Translations under genes and position numbers: made by a program
From: Candidatus Kapaibacterium sp.
GTDB lineage: Bacteria > Bacteroidota > Ignavibacteria > Kapaibacteriales > UBA2268
Direction: 5' to 3'
DNA length: 64,000 nt
Assembly (NCBI GenBank): GCA_963664875.1
Contig: OY761611.1
Coordinates: 224,001-288,000 of the forward strand
In this document: one piece after another, positions 59,164-64,000 of the stretch
Layout: each line of letters opens with the position of its first letter
How positions within the stretch are numbered: position 1 is the stretch's first letter
The notes under the pieces: model-generated
Databases searched by the model: none
Seen by the model: only the letters and a program-made list of their open reading frames with translations
Told to the model about the DNA's origin: nothing

Positions 59164-62100
59164 GTGATGAATATCAGAGTGCTTACAGCAGCAGCACTAT
59201 TTGACGGACACGATGTATCAATCAACATATTTAGAAGATTGTTACAGAAAAGAGGTGCTGAGGTAATAAATATTGGACATAACAGAAGCGTTGACGAAGT
59301 AGTGGCAGCTGCTATTCAGGAAGATGTAGATGCTCTTCTGATTAGTTCTTATCAAGGAGGTCATAACGAATATTTCAAATACTTAATAGATTCTTTGAAA
59401 GAATTAGGTGCTGAAGATAAATTAGTCTTTGGTGGAGGAGGTGGTGTCATTCTTCCGAAAGAAATAAAGATGCTCGAAGAGTACGGTGTAACTCGTATTT
59501 ATCATGCAGAAGACGGTGTAAAGATTGGGATAGATGGTATTGCAGATGATATTATAAACAGGATAACAATCAATAAAAACAATGAAATAACACCTGTTGT
59601 ATATGATGATAATATCAGTAATTCAAATACTGAATCTATATATAGTATTTCGAAAATGTTGTCTTGTATAGAAAACCACTGTAGTGAAACTTATTTTCAA
59701 GAAATCAGAGAGAAAATTGAGCAGAATAATAGAAAAGTGTCTTTTGTTCTCGGAGTTACAGGCACAGGTGGTGCAGGTAAAAGTTCCTTGATTGATGAAA
59801 TAATTGGTAGATTTCTGATTTACACTCAAAAAACAAAGATCGCTGTTCTTGCAGTCGATCCAAGTAAGTCGAGAACAAAAGGTGCACTTTTGGGAGATAG
59901 AATCAGATACAATCATATTTACAACAATAGAGTATTTTTCAGAAGTTTTGCAACTCGCGATTCTGGAAATGAAATATCTAATGCAATCAATGATGGCATA
60001 TCTGTTTTAAAATCCGCAGGATTCGATTTGATTATCGTCGAAACAAGCGGAATAGGTCAGGGCGATTCAAAGATTACAGAAGTCAGCGACAAATCTCTGT
60101 ATGTGATGACTTCTGAGTTCGGAGCACCTTCTCAGTTAGAAAAAATAGATATGCTTGAAGAAGCGGATTTCATTGCTATAAATAAATTTGAGAAAAAAGG
60201 ATCTGAAGACGCATTCAGAGAAGTCAAGATAAACTATATAAGAAATCATGGTATAAAAGCAGATCACTCTTTAGCTTTAGACGATATCCTCCTCCCGGTG
60301 TATGCAGTTAGAAGTAATGAATTTAATAACACAGGTGTTAATAGACTGTTCAAAGATATTTTTCGAACTATGCAGGCATTTACAGGTTATGCATACGAAT
60401 ATCAAAAAGAACTATATGATTTGATAGATGTAGAACATAGAGATAACAAAGGCTTGATTAATGCTGATAGACAACTCTATTTACATGAAATATCCGAGAC
60501 AGTTAGTAATTACAAAAAACGAGTAGAAGCTGTTGCCGACAATTTTGATAAATACCAAGCTCTATCTACTACATTAAAGCTGAATGTAGTTTCAGATGAT
60601 TTGCAGATAAAAATAAACGAATTGGAGTCCAGCTTACCTATAGATGATTTACATTATATCAATCAATATCAGGAATTGAAACATAAATATTCTCAAGACT
60701 TTTTGGAATATAATATTCAAGGAAAAACCTATAAACTTAATCTTACAAATCAGTCAATAACAGGACTGAAGATACCAAAGATAGTTCCTCCTGATTATAG
60801 CTCTTGGGCTGATTTGATACGCTATAAATATCTTGAAAATTTTCCGGGTGAATTTCCCTATACAGCCGGTGTTTTTCCATTTAAAAGAACAACAGAAGAC
60901 CCTAAACGCCAATTTGCCGGTGAAGGAAGTCCGGAAAGAACAAATCGGCGTTTTCACTATCTTTGCGAAGGCGAAGAAGCAAAGAGACTTTCTGTAGCTT
61001 TTGATGGGATTACCTTATATGCAGAAGACCCTGCAGAAAAGCCGGATATCTACGGAAAAATAGGTGAGAGTGGAGTTTCAGTTTGCACCATTGAAGATAT
61101 GGACTCTCTACTTCAGGGGTTTGATCTTATGAATCCTCTGACAAGTGTTTCTATGACAATTAATGCTCCTGCTCCGATTATGGTTGCATTTTTCTTTATG
61201 ACAGCATACAATAGAGAACTCAAAAAATTAGAGTCAGAAGGGAAGTCTCTTGATGAAGAACAAAAAGAAAAACTCAAGTTGGACACATTCAGAAAGTTAC
61301 GAGGTACCGTACAGGCTGATATGCTAAAAGAAGATCAGGGACAAAATACTATTATTTTTTCCATTGATTTTGCAATGAAGATGATTGGGGATTTACAAGA
61401 ATATCTTTCTAAAAATCAAATAAAAAATTACTATTCGCTTTCTATTTCAGGTTATCACATAGCTGAAGCAGGTGCTAACCCTATTACTCAATTAGCATTT
61501 ACGTTAGCAAACGGTTTCACTTATGTAGAGTATTTTTTAAGCAGAGGTCTTCAGATTGATGATTTTGCACCTAATCTGTCATTTTTCTTTTCAAATGGTA
61601 TGGATCCTGAGTATTCAGTAATAGGAAGGGTAGCCAGGAGAATATGGGCTATTGCCATGCGAGACAGATATGGAGCTAGTGCCAAATCTCAAAAACTAAA
61701 ATATCACATTCAAACAAGTGGTCGCTCTCTTCATGCTCAGGAAATAGAATTTAACGACATTAGAACGACTCTACAAGGTTTGATTGCCTTTTATGATAAT
61801 TGTAACTCACTCCACACAAACTCATACGACGAAGCTGTTACTACACCGACAGAAGAATCGGTGCGTAGATCTATGGCGATTCAACAAATATTGACTAAAG
61901 AATTTGGGATGTTGAAAAACGAAAATCCAAATCAAGGTTCTTTCTTTATTAAATGGCTTACAGATGCCGTAGAAAATGCAGTCTTAGAAGAGTTTTCCAG
62001 ATTATCTCGAAGGGGTGGTGTTTTAGGTGCGATGGAAACACAGTACCAACGTTCGAAAATACAGGAAGAATCATTGTATTACGAATCGCTCAAACATTCC

Positions 62101-62400
62101 GGAGCATATCCTATTGTAGGAGTGAATACATTCATAAACCAAAATGCTAAAGATAACTACGAGAATATGCAAGTCATTAGGGCAGATGTTCAGGAAAAGA
62201 ATCAAAGGCTTGAAGAGTTGAAAGCTTTTAAAGAAAAAAATTCCCAAAAATCAGTACTTGCACTTGCAGAATTGAAAAAAGTAGCCTTGAACGGAGGAAA
62301 TATTTTTGAAGAATTATTGAATACAGTACAATATGCTACTATGGGAGAAATATCATCATTGCTTTATGAGATAGGCGGTAAATACAGACGTGGTATGTAA
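59164..62400 (+). CDS. icmF: Fused isobutyryl-CoA mutase (B12-binding, MeaB-type GTPase and mutase domains)
   Basis: FDGHD B12 motif, TGTGGAGKSS P-loop, VETSGIGQ, NKFE, RQFAGEG, RGTVQAD.LKEDQGQNT. Confidence 0.95.
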   Translation: MMNIRVLTAAALFDGHDVSINIFRRLLQKRGAEVINIGHNRSVDEVVAAAIQEDVDALLISSYQGGHNEYFKYLIDSLKELGAEDKLVFGGGGGVILPKEIKMLEEYGVTRIYHAEDGVKIGIDGIADDIINRITINKNNEITPVVYDDNISNSNTESIYSISKMLSCIENHCSETYFQEIREKIEQNNRKVSFVLGVTGTGGAGKSSLIDEIIGRFLIYTQKTKIAVLAVDPSKSRTKGALLGDRIRYNHIYNNRVFFRSFATRDSGNEISNAINDGISVLKSAGFDLIIVETSGIGQGDSKITEVSDKSLYVMTSEFGAPSQLEKIDMLEEADFIAINKFEKKGSEDAFREVKINYIRNHGIKADHSLALDDILLPVYAVRSNEFNNTGVNRLFKDIFRTMQAFTGYAYEYQKELYDLIDVEHRDNKGLINADRQLYLHEISETVSNYKKRVEAVADNFDKYQALSTTLKLNVVSDDLQIKINELESSLPIDDLHYINQYQELKHKYSQDFLEYNIQGKTYKLNLTNQSITGLKIPKIVPPDYSSWADLIRYKYLENFPGEFPYTAGVFPFKRTTEDPKRQFAGEGSPERTNRRFHYLCEGEEAKRLSVAFDGITLYAEDPAEKPDIYGKIGESGVSVCTIEDMDSLLQGFDLMNPLTSVSMTINAPAPIMVAFFFMTAYNRELKKLESEGKSLDEEQKEKLKLDTFRKLRGTVQADMLKEDQGQNTIIFSIDFAMKMIGDLQEYLSKNQIKNYYSLSISGYHIAEAGANPITQLAFTLANGFTYVEYFLSRGLQIDDFAPNLSFFFSNGMDPEYSVIGRVARRIWAIAMRDRYGASAKSQKLKYHIQTSGRSLHAQEIEFNDIRTTLQGLIAFYDNCNSLHTNSYDEAVTTPTEESVRRSMAIQQILTKEFGMLKNENPNQGSFFIKWLTDAVENAVLEEFSRLSRRGGVLGAMETQYQRSKIQEESLYYESLKHSGAYPIVGVNTFINQNAKDNYENMQVIRADVQEKNQRLEELKAFKEKNSQKSVLALAELKKVALNGGNIFEELLNTVQYATMGEISSLLYEIGGKYRRGM

Positions 62401-62406
62401 TTACAC

Positions 62407-62438
62407 AACAGGCAACCTAAATAATCAGGTTGCCTGTT
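62407..62438. terminator. Bidirectional hairpin terminator
   Basis: Perfect 12-bp stem AACAGGCAACCT / AGGTTGCCTGTT between convergent genes. Confidence 0.85.
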
Positions 62439-62448
62439 CTATAAATAT

Positions 62449-62763
62449 CTATTCAAATTCTAATAAAAGTTCGCCTTTAGGCACTGTACCGTCTGTTTTT
62501 GCATAAATCTTTTTGATAGTACCTGAAAAAGGAGCTTTTATAGTATTTCTCATTTTCATTGCTTCAAGAACTAATAAGTCTTGAGTTTTGGAAACCTGTT
62601 GACCTTGCTTAACATAAATTTCTCTAATTGTACCCGGGATAAAAGCTATAATATGCTTTTCATTTTTAGGTGCATATTTTTTTCTGTTTTCAAATTTTGT
62701 ATTAAGCTTAGTATTATATTGAGTATCATCAACAACAAGTGATCTCAAATTTTCTATTTTCAT
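62449..62763 (-). CDS. Biotin carboxyl carrier protein
   Basis: LEAMKM biotinylation motif. Confidence 0.92.
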   Translation of the reverse strand: MKIENLRSLVVDDTQYNTKLNTKFENRKKYAPKNEKHIIAFIPGTIREIYVKQGQQVSKTQDLLVLEAMKMRNTIKAPFSGTIKKIYAKTDGTVPKGELLLEFE

Positions 62764-62773
62764 GGTTTACTCC

Positions 62774-64000
62774 TTAGAATGGTGGAATACCATGCTTTTT
62801 GTTAGGTAATTGTTCGTTTTTGTTTGCAGACATTTCTAATGCGTGACAGAGATAACCGCGTGTTTCTTCGGGAGAAATAACTGCATCAATAAAGCCATTC
62901 GCAGCAGCAACATAAGGATTTGCAAACTTTTCGGTATATTCTGCTACTTTTTCTTTTCTAACAGCATCTGGATTAGAAGCAGTTGTTATTTCTTTTTTGA
63001 AGATAATATTAGCAGCACCTTCAGGTCCCATTACTGCAATCTCAGCACTTGGCCATGCAAAATAAAAATCCGCACCTAAGTGACGAGAGCACATAGCGAT
63101 GTAACCACCACCATAGGCTTTTCTCAATGTAAGTGTGATTTTAGGAACAGAAGCTTCGCTATACGCATATAAGATTTTCGCACCGTGTCGAATTACACCT
63201 GCATGTTCCTGATCAACACCGGGTAAATACCCAGGTAAATCAACAAGTGTAATAAGTGGGATGTTGAATGCATCGCAATAACGGATAAATCGAGCTGCCT
63301 TATTTGATGAATCCACATCTAATACACCGGCAAGAACTAAAGGTTGATTAGCAACTATACCTACAGTTTCGCCTTTCATACGAGCAAAACCAATAACGAT
63401 ATTAGCAGCAAAGTGTTCCTGTACTTCTAAAAAGTCAGAATCATCAACAAAAGCTTTGATAACGTCCCTTACATCATAAGGCTCTTTCGGATCCTTAGGC
63501 ATAATTTCTTCGATTTTGAAATGTGCTTTAGGAGGTTTAGGAGCAAATTTGTCGGCTTTTTTCTGATTATTCCACGGAATAAACTCCATAAGCTTTTTGA
63601 TTTGCTGAATACATTCCTGCTCGCTTTCTGCGAAAAAGTGAGCATTACCGGAAATTTCTGCCTGCACTCTTGCACCACCAAGATCTTCCATTGAGATTTC
63701 TTCGCCTAACACAGTTTTGATAACTTCAGGTCCGGTGATAAACATTTTCGAGATTTTGTCAACCACAAAAACGAAATCAGTTAGGGCAGGGGAATACACT
63801 GCACCACCTGCGCAAGGACCTAAAATAACTGAAATCTGAGGGATGATTCCGGAAGATTTAGTATTTCTGTAAAAAATTTCTCCATAGCCAGCTAAGGAGT
63901 TTACACCCTCTTGAATACGTGCACCACCACTATCGTTGATGCCAATAAGTGGCATTCCGAGCTTAGCGGCATGGTCCATAATTTTTGTAATTTTACGTGC
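62774..64000 (-). CDS. Acyl-CoA carboxylase carboxyltransferase subunit (PccB/MmdA-like), 5' end outside the window
   Basis: DSGGARIQEG, GPCAGGAVYSP, RKAYGG, AEIAVMG, KKHGIPPF. Confidence 0.93.
   Translation of the reverse strand, partial: ARKITKIMDHAAKLGMPLIGINDSGGARIQEGVNSLAGYGEIFYRNTKSSGIIPQISVILGPCAGGAVYSPALTDFVFVVDKISKMFITGPEVIKTVLGEEISMEDLGGARVQAEISGNAHFFAESEQECIQQIKKLMEFIPWNNQKKADKFAPKPPKAHFKIEEIMPKDPKEPYDVRDVIKAFVDDSDFLEVQEHFAANIVIGFARMKGETVGIVANQPLVLAGVLDVDSSNKAARFIRYCDAFNIPLITLVDLPGYLPGVDQEHAGVIRHGAKILYAYSEASVPKITLTLRKAYGGGYIAMCSRHLGADFYFAWPSAEIAVMGPEGAANIIFKKEITTASNPDAVRKEKVAEYTEKFANPYVAAANGFIDAVISPEETRGYLCHALEMSANKNEQLPNKKHGIPPF

Overview
AT-rich bacterial chromosomal window with mostly housekeeping and metabolic genes. 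The gene set (T9SS-type C-terminal domains, TonB receptor, split secD/secF, fused Kgd, GGAG Shine-Dalgarno sites) suggests an FCB-group organism such as Kapabacteria or Ignavibacteria; this is an inference. Recognisable genes include trmD, rimM, kgd/sucA, queG, a PpiD-like foldase, menE, nth, rsmG, lnt, tsaD, cinA, rpsA, secD, secF, purA, icmF and acyl-CoA carboxylase subunits. I saw no rRNA, tRNA, CRISPR array, transposase, integrase or reverse transcriptase. The most unusual part is an accessory patch at about 26.4-32.1 kb. It holds two tandem secreted-protein cassettes whose 49-bp upstream element and 217-bp C-terminal sorting domain are 94-96% identical while the middles are highly diverged. 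Next come a back-to-back fusion of two unannotated pseudogene fragments (acyl-CoA dehydrogenase and mazG) and an HTH-WYL regulator with two TATGAC-N8-GTCATA boxes at a fixed distance from -10 elements. Also notable are a FeS/NrfD/13-heme cytochrome operon with no catalytic subunit, an unannotated 15-codon leader ORF plus hairpin before a TonB receptor, and an ErcA/ErcS-like dehydrogenase-kinase pair. All family calls come from motif recognition; no database search was run.
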